DNA of 57,000 nucleotides, counting the filler, from Basidioascus undulatus (taxonomy: Eukaryota): NCBI GenBank assembly GCA_000826855.1. It is 5 parts of 5 records of this genome, joined end to end, with 100 filler letters (N's around TTAATTAATTAA, not from the genome) between each part and the next. Parts side by side here need not be neighbours in the genome. Positions count along the whole stretch, not along the records: positions 1 to 11,342 come from JTLS01001021.1; positions 11,443 to 22,780 come from JTLS01001022.1; 3 more parts are not named here. The stretch is one strand, 5' to 3'. Positions 1-14,918 of the stretch are shown one piece after another (position 1 is the first letter of the stretch; the number at the start of each line of letters is the position of its first letter). Both the position numbers and the translations under genes were made by a program. The notes under the pieces are model-generated. The model was given only the letters and a program-made list of their open reading frames with translations. It was not told where the DNA came from and searched no databases.

Positions 1-2236
1 CGGCAGGTACGGTGGTGGTTGCCGCCTACATCCCTTGTTCCTGTAGAGCGATGTCGCTCCTTTTCGGGATGCATGCTTGGATAGGCCTTTTGTTTGTTGA
101 TCCCCCTTTTTGAAAGTAGTGAGCATGGAGGCACCTCGTATTGCCGAGTTCCACGAAAGCCAGCTGCTTCGGTAGCGGCCGATTGTTGCTGCGACGCCGC
201 TTTTGTTTCTCTCATGAAAGATGTCCAAGAGACCCTCTGAAGACCTTGGTATACTCTTTTCTTTTTACTACACTGACAGTGTTCGCCATATACCTCGCGG
301 CACTCTTATTGGCGACGTCCGTCCGGCCCTGAACCTTTGCCTCCTCCCTCCACTTCTATGCATGACCGTGTGATACCTCATGGGCGGTCCATGAGTTCCT
401 AGACTTGAATGAGAGTTCTCGTGCAAGACCGTGACCTGACCTGGGAACAAAGACGTCCCTCGCTTGAGACACCATGAAGAGGGATCCAGGACCGGCATCC
501 AAATGTTCAGACACTACAGCCTCGAAGTCCTCAACGATCCCTGGACACCCTGAGATTCTCATCAATTAACTGCCTTCCGGGGAGCTACAGCGGTCTCCGG
601 TGTACTAACTCACCAACAGAGCCGTTTTGGTCTTATACACAGTGGGAAGAACCTTCTGGCTGCGCGCCCAGGTGGAGGTGGTATCCAGGTAATGTGAGCC
701 GGTCGCAGGAATGAACGATTACCTACCATCAAGAAGGGTTGTTTCGGGCATTCAAAGTCAAATGTATGTCTCCACTTAAGCATCAACAAATATGCAAGAT
801 GGAAAGCTTAACGAATCAATACGTCGGACGCAGGATCGCAGGATTGTCTTCAACAGCCGACATCGCCTGCGAACATATTTCCGCTTCGATGGTTCAAAAT
901 AGCGCACCTACGTTGGACCCTTCAGGCCCTTGACTTCTCCACATCTCTGCCACACGTGCACAGGGGAGCGGGGAAAGGAAGGGCGCAGGATGAGGGAGGG
1001 CCACCGGAAACAGGAAGGTTGACCGCGAGACTCCAGCTCGAGCGCTCGCGCACTCCCGTCGGGTCGAGCGAGGTCTACCATCATGAAGCTTGGTTCTCAT
1101 AGCTTCCATTTCTCCTCGCAAAGGGCCAGCCCAAGCCTCAAAGAAGCACCGTTGGCACACATGCCGCAAGCGAGTCTCCGCCCGAGCTGCTGGGCAAGGC
1201 GAAAACCCAAACCAGTGCGCCACCGCGCCCCATCCCAGTTTACGGGGGCCCCACACCAGGAGATGAACGCAAGACACAAATTTCATCAAGGTTCTATGCC
1301 AACTCTGCTTCCGGGCTTCGAGCCTTCGCTCACGTGAAAGTGAAACATTCGAGTCACTGTTGTCCGCCGTCTTCTCGCTTCGGGAGGATTCAATACGCAG
1401 GTTGCCCCGCCAGCACCATACGATATAGGAGCGCTATTCTTCTATCCCTTTGACATATCGTCGGCAACATACTTTCGGGGCCAGTCAAAAATTTGTAACC
1501 TGCTTGTTTGAACGAGTGTACTGGCTGCCTGCACGATCGATAACATGGGCTCTGCGACTCTTCGACTGCTTTCACTTCCTCTGCGCCGGGTCGACAAACC
1601 CAATACCAAGTTTCATGCTACATTAATTGAACCGCTTTTGGTTCTCGGCTGTGACGTTCAAGCGCACGTACATAAGCGACAAGCTACCGAGCTACCGGGC
1701 TACATGGGCAAGCTCGGAGAAAATGGCAGCGAGCAAGGCTAGCGCTGGCACGTTCCATTAGTCGTCTCTACTAGGCGTCGCATTAAGACGACTCTAGTCT
1801 GTGCGGATAAACTGTAGCCGTTGTTGTGCACAGCACGACAGCAGGCAGACGAGATCCGGAGCCATGGAGGCATGGATGTGCTTGTGGTACTATACTACTT
1901 GGATATCTATCATTACAAGACGATGCAGCGGTGACACTAAGCCCGGGGTGCTGAGCGACAGAGAAGACCTAGGCGAGATGAGGTAGGGTAGCGGGGGAAT
2001 GACGACCGATGGACAGGACAAAACAAGTGGGTGCGAGCGATGAGCGATGAGGCAGGGTATGCAAGATGTGGGGAGTGCAGGGGTAAAAGATGAGATGGCG
2101 CGAAGAGGGAATATGAGCAAGCGACGGGGAATATGAGCAAGAGAAAACACGAAGGTGAAGAATGCCACACAACAATAATACAAGAACCCGAAAGACGAAG
2201 AACGATGAAACAGAGGAACGATGAAAGACAAAGAGA

Positions 2237-3789
<1,553 letters not shown>

Positions 3790-6700
3790 GGCTGCAGTGG
3801 AAGCGGGACGAGTGGTGTACAGCGGTGCAGGAATGGTTGCGGGTGGAGATGGAAGCGACGACTAGGGGATTATTAGGTGTGTAGGTGATGCTGCTGGTGC
3901 GGGTTGCTGCTGATGGAATGGGATGCGATGCGAGCGAGAACGACGAGGAGATGGAGATGGAGGGTCGGACGAAGACTGAGAGTGCGCTGAAAGTGTTGTA
4001 TTATTAAATTTGAGATGTAGAGCGGGGTATGTCGGCTGTGTGTGTAGTACTGTGTGTATTGGGCGAACGTGGAACGGCGGGAGGCAAGAAAAGAGCAGGC
4101 GAGGGGGGAGAAGAACAAGGACGAGCACCGCGCGGAGGGCTCTTTAGCGGCGTCGGAGAGGCGACGGGCAAGGGGCCAGGGGTTGGGTCCGTCGCGCTGC
4201 CAGGCCAGCTGCCAGCGCCGGCGAAGCGCCAGTGGACTGCTCGCACCAAGCCAGCGCCAGGCGTGCGCACCCAAAAGGTGCCGCCACTTCTGCAGCCCGC
4301 TCGTCCAATTTCCAAAGCGCCCACACGACGCCAGACATAAGCAAGCGAGCTTGCCCCCAAGGCAAGCCGCGAAATTGTCCCTGAGGCTGAAACACGAATC
4401 CAAAGGAGATTGCAGGCACATACAGTATGCCTCGCCAACTACAATCAACAACAGAGTTTCCCCGCGCTTCGCATTCCAGCTTGCTGGTTCAGCTTGATTC
4501 TCTTATCAAAGACTTCTCTTCTCAAAGACTCGACACTGGTAGCCTGTCAGCCTGGCAGCTCGTCGTCGTTGTTGTCTTGCCATTGTTGTCGCAGAAAGCC
4601 CACTGCAAAGAACAATGATCCCCCTTGTATTATTCTTCCCGCCCTTTAATCCGCTCTGATTGGCGCTGCTGTCCTGTCTTTCACCTCATCGGACCCTGAT
4701 CACGCTCTCGCGGCATGCATTTCCGCCTCATCAATCACACTGTTAGCTTCGACATCACGCATAGCAAAGCCCCTGTTGAATGCCTGTTCGCCATTCAATA
4801 ATTGCTCAAATCTCCAGTGACCCGTAGTGAGCACAACGGGCTGTCAACGACCTGTCACTGAGCGATACCAGGTGAGACCAAGGTGAGACATCGCAATAAG
4901 ATAGACGCAGAGCGCGAGATTATCACAACTCTTTTTAACCTCCCGGCCTCACCCATTATCTGCACGCCCTAGCGTTTCAAGCTTGCTTGGAGGCCTTCTA
5001 CATGCCTGCCTCCATTCGCTTCAAAGCTCTCGAAGCGACGCTTGACTTCGCTTGACTACGTTCAGACTATTTTGCCTGTCGAGACCTTCGATCGCGACGG
5101 CGTGTGCACAGACGATGCTACTCGGCGATGTAGAGTAGGCGATGGATCGCAGCCAATCGTCGCCGGAACTCAACGGGCAGCACTGACTGCAGCAGCGCAC
5201 GTTCTTTCCTCTTTCCTCCCTCCACGGGTTGAGCTTCCCGGCGGTGCGCTCTTGTGAACTCAGATATTATTGCACATGGGGAGCATAGGGATCGCCTGTG
5301 GCATAGTGATCACATATACGCGCAAGTAAGCCAACACGTTTCAGTGCAAGCTTGGGGTTGCGAGCCTTGATTTAAGGGCTCTTTCATCGGGTTCTGCAAG
5401 CTCTCACAGTTTGCCCTCATCCCACCTTCCCACCTCCACAGTTTCGAAAGGCACAGCCTCCCGTTGGCCGGCCAATGGACATCCAAAGCCATTCCTCTCC
5501 CACTCCCCTACAGTGCCCGACACCACCTCCTCGCACGTTGCTCGCAGCTCACGCATCCCACCCATTTGGCCTGTCTTTGAAATTTCGGTAGGAAAAGTAT
5601 GTTTAAAAACGCAGAATATATAATTTCCTCGACTTAGATTAGGTAATAAGGAGCGCCATCGTCCCGAAAAGTGCCCATACCGGACTCCTTTTGACCATGG
5701 AAGCGGGAGTTGTGTTGAACCCACCTGAAACCTCTTGCACAATGTCAAGCTCGCTAATCTAGCGGCAACTCCCCAAAAGAGCAGAACCAAGGGCAGACAG
5801 ACACACTTTGGCACTGCAGGTCAACTGACGTACACGTAAAGCCCAACTACGTCGTCAATGGTAGTTGCTAGTACGGAAGCATACCTAGTACTAGTAGGAA
5901 ACCCCGCGCCTATTCTCAGACTCGTCACCTCAGAAAAAGTGGAGCAGGAGGTCCGGGAGGGGATAACTTTTGAGGGCCTACTCGAAAGGTCTTACAAAGA
6001 TGCAAAACCAAAGAGGAGTAGGGAAAGGTGGAAAAAGGAGCGGTCCCTGCGAGCGCGCGTGTCATGAAGTGGTGTGGGGCACTGTACGCAGATGGTTCGG
6101 GGGTTGCGCACAGTGAGGATGTGGTTGTGAGGAGACGGTCGTGGTTATCTGGAGCTCAGGTGATGCGATGTACTTCCTTCGTGATGGAGGAAGCCTTCGG
6201 GCAGCCAACCGAAGCCAGCCGAAAGCACGAGCACAGCGAAGGCTGCGGTCCGCTGCTCTGTCGGTCCCTGTTGTACCAATTTCGTGTGTGTCCCTACTCG
6301 AATATCTTCTTGAGATCCTGTGCAACTACTTCCTCGGCCTTTCTTACCCCCGCTCACGGAACAGGGCACCGCGCCCCATCGTCATGTTTTTTGGCGGGAA
6401 AGCCACAGGCTGTCGGGCGTTCACTCGAAAATACCGACGTCGAGCGCCGTGGACGCCTCAGGGGTCGCCGTCAAAAGAAGCAGTCTGGGCAGGGTCCACT
6501 CCCGCACGTTCATTACCCACGTCCATCGACGGTGGTGATCGTCGTCGTGAACAGAGCCCGACCCTCGGGGCCGCATTGACACCAGCCGACGGCAAAAGCC
6601 ATCCTGTCCTTATCTTCACTTGTTCAATCTTGACGGACACGAGTACCAGGACATCGGAGATCAGATACATGCACCATAGCAGATCAGCAGGCTTTACGTA

Positions 6701-9700
6701 CTAGATCGTGCTGGCGGTCTTGATGCTCACAGGAAGAAAGAAAGCAAAGCAAGTTGCGATGTGTGTCTCCCCATGGGCTTCTAAAGCCACTGAAAGATGC
6801 GGTCAGAGTGAACTTTCTATAACTCAAAGGCACTTCCACCATGCCTAGTCGTTCCGCAATATGTCGCTACCAGCGGTCTGCGAAACTGACTACCTCGAAT
6901 AGCGAGCCGAGAGCAAATCAGCTTTTGTTCCCTACATGCTTTCCTTTTGTGGACCGAGTCTCACCACCTCGATCTCTTTGACTTCCTTTGTAATTATTCC
7001 CCTCACAATTCCTCTCTTTACATGTCGCGCTGCGAAAGGCACAAAAGCGAAACCGCCGACGTGTGCCGGCTGTCCTTGGGCTTGCTCGCTGTGCCACCTT
7101 ATCGCTCATTGTTCCGCGGCCCCCGCCCGTCATCGTCAAGCCGTTGAGAGTTATTGTACCTGATCACGACTCAGTTTCTTTAAGCAAATTTTCACATGAT
7201 GATGAAACCCACGCTATCGTGTTCTCTTTCTCCCTTGCACCCACACTGTCGGGACATGGTTCGGGGAGGCTGGCAGCTGCACGTGGCGAATTGATCGTGC
7301 TTTGCTAGCGCCGGTTGTCAACGAGAGACACAAGAGTGCCGCTGCCCGGCTTTGAAATAAAGGCACCGCGTCAGGGGACTCTTTCCACCTCCGAGCCAGT
7401 GTTGATTGAGCCTTTGGGCGCCGCTGTACCGGCGCCCTGCTCACCTGGCGATGTTTATACTCGGAGGCTCGGGGCTACGAGGAGTGACGTGGCGAAGCTG
7501 GTTGGGCGTGACTTTCACATATGCGTGCCATTGTTTGTGGAGGCATTCTACATTGTGACAACTCAGTGGAAAATGATGAATATAGCATGCCGAGCAACAC
7601 CTTCGACACGCGTACATGAACACACGCAGCCAGGAGCGTCGACTTCTTCGGAACACGCAGCAAAGACGCTGCAGCCTGCACGTAATTAGGGGAAAGTTCG
7701 GCTAATCCTCGACTAATGGAACCCAGCACAGTCCTGATGTAGTTGTACATAAGTTCGTCGCATTGCACGGTGCTTCTTTAATGAAGCCTTGTCTTCCTCC
7801 GCCGCACCTTCAACACACCATCGTCAAGCCGCAAGCGGTTATCCAGCCATCCGGGAAGATGACCGTTCAGAGGGTCACTGATGCACGGTTGTAAGTCCCC
7901 GTAGGCGGAGGTTGCATGTCAAGTGAAAAGCAAGAACCTTCTGCACTTCGCGCTCTCGCAAGCTTTTTCGCGCAATGTCAGCTGAAACCACTTTGCGAGC
8001 TCCCCTTCACTGCCGTCAACGACGGGGTCTTTCGGATGCCGGCTGCACACTTACGCTTTGAAGTTTTACTGAAGGCATATAGCGTGCCTTGACCGGGTAT
8101 AGCAACGCTCTAGTGAGCGGGCTGCTCCATCACGAGCCCAATTTCCTTCTTCGTGGGCATTGCATGCAGTGTCTGTGTCCTGACTCGCTGAGGGCCATGT
8201 TTAAAGAGCCCCACCTTTGCATCGCATATCCAACAGACAGTTTGGTGCAATGGTATTACGCAAGGAGTGTTTGAATGTTTGGCTGCCAGCCTCTTCAATG
8301 TACCGTTACAATCAGATGGATGACGAGGGTCATGGACTGTGAACATGGCGAGTCAGACAAGAAGCTTACCAAACGTCGAAGGGCCAGTAATGTATTCCTC
8401 CAGACGTACGGCAGAGTCTCCGAGTAGGCACAAGAGCAAGCACCAGAACACAAACGCTTGCACTTCACTGCAACTTTCATTTGAGGTTGGTATCAACGTC
8501 GTTGCATCTGCTTTATACACATCCATTGTAGGATGTTATATGCGCCTTCGTTACTTCCTTTGACTGATTCTACTGCTCTTGGACAACTTGGAACGACCCC
8601 AAGCGCCTCCACCTACTTCGTGAAGGTTGTGGCCCTTTGGGCGGCAATCATCACTCGCTGGATCCCACATCCCACCACTGACTAGTTTGTAACCAGGTAA
8701 GGGTTAGGACGATGGAATTTGCCTATTATCCGCAATCTCTCTGGAACCAATGAGATTTGGATGCAGCCCCAGCATCTTTTGGGGAGCATCGTCCTTTTCG
8801 ATTGGCAACTGAGCTCGGCTGCAAGAGTGTATCCTGGGGATCCGCACTTCCAGACTTGTTGCTCTTATATTGTCTCATATTCAGAGAATTCACAGATCCA
8901 TCATGACCTCTCGTGCCTGAACCACAGTAATTACTGGCCGTTGCAGTCACAGCCTTGCGGTGTCCCGCACGTCACGGTGTGGGATGCTGAGGACAGCTCC
9001 TTGAACTGTTGTATATCGGAAAGTACAAGGATGCCCAAAATATTGAGTAGAACCAACGTCTCGGAGCTTTGGGTGTCACCGTGTCACTCTGACATCTCTT
9101 TCAAGGATGTTCCGACTCGACAGCAAGTTCCGAGCTCCACCAGCGCCTCTGCTCTTCCTCTCCCTTCAGGTTCAGTCGGCTCAGGATGTTCCACCACAAC
9201 GACATCTCAAAGATGCGGTCAGCGGGAGCACAAATGGCATTTCCCTTCCTTCTTTCTCGGTGACAGCGCCACGCTTCAACTCAGAGCTTTCCCTCACCAG
9301 CTGTCGCCGGCAGTCTCGTCCGTTCGGCCAGTCCAAACAGCAACCTTCTGCGCGACTCCCTTCAAAGCTCTTAAACCTATCCAGAAGCAATGGCCGGTGG
9401 TTCAAGAGGCCTGCACAAAAGGAAGGCTCGCGAAGCCGAGTGAGTTTGTTCGCATCGGCGCGCGTAGGCACACCACGACAGTAGTAAGTCGCTCAGCTGT
9501 CGCCATCAACATTGCAAAGCTGAAGTTCTGAACAATGGTTGTCATTCCGCCTGCTGGTTTATCTGGTACACTTCTCTTTGTTTGGTTTGGACTTCTACGA
9601 ACAGCACTCGTCATAAAGCTTCTTTCATGGAGGGCACAGGTGGACACAGGCGGAGGTAGGATTCCACCGGCTGCATATTTCGGTATCTGAGCCAACTTCG

Positions 9701-10555
9701 AAGGACTTCCACGTTTCAACGCCAATACGGTTCTTGTTGGGGTGCTTCGCTTCGGGGTTAAAACCCTGCAGGGAGACAGTCTATGCGACCAGCTGCTGCA
9801 CGAGACAGGCAGCCGGTCATCACTTCCGGCGACAGCGCGGACCATTGAAGGTAGAGAAGCCAATGCGCATGGGTGATCCTAATCGAAGGTTCTGGCATCG
9901 ATGTTTCTATGTTGAGCAGGACTTCCCTCATCTAGAAGCCAAAGGGATGGTACGACTGCAGCGCGGATCTCAAGCCGGGACGGGACTGGATTAGCACTCT
10001 CGTTCGAGGGCCGTCCTTCGCCCATGCGCACCATTCAGCACTCATAGTGTAATATGATCTGCATCTTTAATCTAGTTCTTCACCCTCATCCCACTTGCAT
10101 TCTGCTCCAGCCACCCAGCCTCTCCGCTTAACCTCCTCGTAAACGTCTAACACCGCTCTCCCAGCTGCGTCGCCTCAGCGACCGCCTACCGCTTGCACCG
10201 GACGCGGCGGTGTGATCACACCGGATCAATGTAAATGTTTGTGAATATTCGACTAAATTACTGCTATCAAACGAAGCTGAACCGCTTGCGTGAGCCCAGA
10301 TTGCCGCGCATTACCGTGAGACGGCTATGCGAACGCCACACTAACAGCTCGAAGATCGAACGTGGGCTGGGGACCAACAAGAGCAGCGGAAGGTGCCGCC
10401 ATAAAACAATAGCCAAGGATGGTGGTCGGTTTGTCTCAACCTGAACGTGTTCAGAAGACCCTGTGTGGTATAGGCGGCAGGTGAACAACTCTCACCGGCG
10501 CAGAGCCCTCAACTGCCTGAAGGCAAGGTCTGATCTAAACCATGGACTTGTAATA

Positions 10556-11305
10556 TCAAGCCTTGGAGAGTCTTTCTCGTGGGTCCCTTCCAGGTGTTGA
10601 AAAAATGAGGGTTGAGTTGTGCGCTCTTCGTCTCTGTACAGGCGTCTGCTGCAGTCTCAGCGACCTGGCGACGCTCAAAGCTATGTATCTCTTCCATTCA
10701 GATCGGCCGATAAGGACTCGAAGGCGTCTTCTCCACCTTTCCACCGCTTCTCGAGTGCCCAGCAAATGCAGAGGGATGTCGAGGCTCCCCCCAGGTTCGC
10801 GACAATGTCGAGCGAGTCGAATGTCTTGCCCTGTGGAAGCCATAACCAGCGTCAAGAGCGCGCCAGTGGCCAAGATATGAACAAAATGTACTGGAAAACA
10901 GGCTTGAACGAATTCTGAGAGGACGCTCAGGGATGGGAAGGCAATCACGGCGGTAAGAGCAAGCTCTGGCGATACATCCAGCGGCCACTTCCTAGTTGGT
11001 TCGGGGCTGCAAAGGTGACCATGAGCCACTTGTGGAAAGTACACAGAGCTGAGTGTGATGTCTAACCCATCCCATACAACGGTGCACCAAATGAGCGTCG
11101 TGAGCGTCGCGACGCTGCCGAAGTGCAAGGCCTTGTCGTTGACGGGGATCGCGCTCCCCGCCCTGTGGAGGAGCAGCACCGCCAGTATCGGGGCGACCAT
11201 GGCCAGCACCGCCGCAGGGACTATACGCAGACGCAGATATGCTGGCCATGGAGGGGGCAGGGCGATGGTCCCCCTGCGCAGGTCTGAGTGAAGGGGCGGA
11301 GACAT
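10556..11305 (-). CDS. VanZ-like small membrane protein (fungal type); C-terminal part diverged or mis-spliced
   Basis: 249-aa ORF with hydrophobic segments and the NDKALHF...SEFVQ motifs of VanZ-like proteins. The expected downstream D-I-x-A-N motif is not evident. Confidence 0.55.
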   Translation of the reverse strand: MSPPLHSDLRRGTIALPPPWPAYLRLRIVPAAVLAMVAPILAVLLLHRAGSAIPVNDKALHFGSVATLTTLIWCTVVWDGLDITLSSVYFPQVAHGHLCSPEPTRKWPLDVSPELALTAVIAFPSLSVLSEFVQACFPVHFVHILATGALLTLVMASTGQDIRLARHCREPGGSLDIPLHLLGTREAVERWRRRLRVLIGRSEWKRYIALSVARSLRLQQTPVQRRRAHNSTLIFSTPGRDPRERLSKA

Positions 11306-11342
11306 GTTGATGACGAAAGTTGGGGTCGAGGCGGGCGCGCTC

Positions 11343-11442
11343 NNNNNNNNNNNNNNNNNNNNNNNNNNNNNNNNNNNNNNNNNNNNTTAATTAATTAANN
11401 NNNNNNNNNNNNNNNNNNNNNNNNNNNNNNNNNNNNNNNNNN
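11343..11442. other. Artificial contig-joining linker
   Basis: 44 N + TTAATTAATTAA (stops in all six frames) + 44 N. Confidence 0.99.
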
Positions 11443-12505
<1,063 letters not shown>

Positions 12506-13143
12506 GAGCGATTGGATTTGGAGGAGGAAGATGAGGAACAAGGAACGAGCACTGGGCCGACGGCGAACGCGGACTGACTTAGCCGAGCCTGACTTGGCCA
12601 GACATTTATATCGCACTGCGTTGCCATCGGCGTGTTATGCTCTTTCGCAGTATGAATCAGTAGGCTCACAAGGGCAGCTTTCTGAAGGCAATGTAAGGAA
12701 ATTGTACCTTCAATAATGGCAGCAGACGAGGGATCGAGGTGATGTACCGTGGGATCCAGAAGACAGCATACAAGGAGACGCGGTGGATGCTGGGATTTCC
12801 TAGCAAACGTTTTCCATGTACCCTTTGAATCATTAATGCAGAACGCTTCTACCAACTTTTCCTCTGAGGTCCCAGGGGTTCAGAGCGCAAGGGGCCACGT
12901 GGCACATATGAAAGCCTCGGGAGTTCCCCCAAACGCCATGCCTCCGGGATACTCACATCAGAACCTATCAGAATGTTGGGAATAAGTTTGATGAAGCCAC
13001 GCAGTGTGGCACTGGGTTGAAATGCCCCGGTGCTGAAGAATAACCAGCACGACGCGGCATAGGCCAGACTGCACCACCGCCTCCACATGAGCTCTCCGTC
13101 TGCCAGACACGCGGTCCCGCTCAGCCCAGAGTCCCACGCTAAG

Positions 13144-13500
13144 GTATCGTGAGACAATAACAATAACAATAACAATATAAAGGTCCTCCTTCTTCTTCTC
13201 CTTCTCTCTTCGCCCCCCTTCCCCTCCGCATCTGCTTGACATTTTTTTTGTAAAAAAAAGGGAAAGCGAATGCAGGGGGACAGGGGAAAAGAAGAAGAAG
13301 GATTCCCTTCACTCCGAAGGAGTAGTGTCTGAGCGTGCCCACTGGTAAGGTTTCTTCCTCTGCGAACTGCTCTCTTCGCTCCCCCGCATACGCTTCTTCT
13401 CCCCCAGGGGGTGAAAAAGCTATGCGGCCCCTCCTCCTCTTTGAGGAAGGGAGGGGAAGAGAAGAAGAAGGAGCCCTGCCTACATAGTATCGTGAGACAA
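13144..13500 (-). mobile_element. 329-bp non-coding insertion with 14-bp target-site duplication and (TTATTG)n tail; SINE-like or 3' end of a non-LTR retroelement
   Basis: Exact direct repeat GTATCGTGAGACAA at 13144-13157 and 13487-13500. (CAATAA)n microsatellite at about 13155-13176 abuts one copy. Internal inverted repeats present. Confidence 0.7.
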
Positions 13501-14918
13501 CGCCATCGCAATGTGGGGCTGGTAAATCAATCATTTCGCCCGGTTATTCATTTACCGGCCTGTGTGAGTTGGGAGATCAGCGTAAGCCGTCTTCACCTCC
13601 GTGCATCGAGTCGCGCACCGCTTGTGGCGTGACGAAGTGCAGGAATGGCACAACAACACTGCAATGGTCGCAGTGCTCCCATAAGAAAGCCGAGATGGAA
13701 GGTCTTTCTTGAGAATCGGCAAGAGCCTCTATATCAAAATAGGCGTTCAAGATGTCCAACACAGACCCGGCGAGAAACCCCTGGGGAGCTCGGTCGGACG
13801 GCTCCTCAGTGACCTCTGGAGGCGACGCGAGCGACATTAAGGACAAGGGAGGCGTGTTTCTCGTTCAGGCTGCGCCGCTTCCTGTGGCTGCTCCTGATGC
13901 CGCCCTCCAAAATTGTAAAGCAAGGTGCGCTGGTTCTCTTCATCCCGAGCCTCTACTTATCACCCCGGCGAAGGGTCGACTACCTGTTCCGCCGGAAGCG
14001 ACTCGTCAAGCACGATCCAGATGCCATCGCGGCCTAGCCCTCGGTGTACGGTGATCCTGCTCTGGCTCCCCGCTACAGGCCTATGCCACAGTACGAGAAC
14101 TTGCACCGGTTTGATCTGAGCTTCAGGTGGACTGTGGAGGGAGGAAAAGGTCAGTTCGCGTCCTTGAACTTATTTCACCGGGTCATGACCGCTGACCTCT
14201 GCTTCCTCTTACCCTGTAGGCTCTCGTCCGCAAGATCGATATCCGAGTCTGCTTATGGGCACGAATCGCCTTTCCAGCACTCAAGTAACTGCACTCCCCT
14301 CCCAGTTCGTCCTGGACGATCCTGACTTGCGTTCGACAGCATCGATCGCGGCAACATCTCGCAGGCCAACTCGGACAACTTGCTCGGAGACTTGAGACTG
14401 ACGATAGACAACTACAAGTGTTTTGAATGCCTACCTTTGTTGAGATGCACAGCGGACTTACGCTTTTCTCCCCAGCCTCGGAAACACAGTTTTCCGCCTT
14501 TCCTTCCTCTGCGCGGAAGTGCCGAGTGAGCTCGTCTCGAAGGCTATTGGACCTGACCACTGGAGGTACGCTACCTATTGTCTGGGCAGTTTTTTAGTGT
14601 AGCCTGGCTTGGGCCTGTTGTCGAACTCTACAGTCCCATGACAATGATCGGATGGTCGATAAGTCAGCGCTGCCCAGTTCTGGCTGGACGGGCGTAACAG
14701 TGAGTTGTCCCTTTCTATAATTCTGCTGGGTTATCATAGGCTCATTAATTGGATCCTTGTGGAACATAGGCTTTTTGGCCTGCCGTTTCTTGGTACTACT
14801 TCATCTGCACTCACACGCAGAAAGGTCTGATCAATCCCAACCACCAGAGCGGCCCCGCCACAGCACCCCACCCCGTACGCAGCCCTTCAAAATCATGGCA
14901 CTTCATGCTCAACTCCGC

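Noticed and set aside
2105..2141. Short tandem duplication (GGGAATATGAGCAAG x2); also (CCCGCGT)n at about 31673-31697
   Set aside because: Ordinary slippage repeats with no spacers, so not CRISPR-like.
7400..10000. Long ORFs (e.g. 8719-9531) as genes or KDZ/Crypton transposase remains
   Set aside because: No motif I could confirm, no codon bias like the real genes, and no consistent splice model.
11387..11398. Recurrent TTAATTAATTAA palindrome every ~11.4 kb as a regulatory or recombination site
   Set aside because: Always centred in 44-N pads. It is a six-frame-stop assembly linker.
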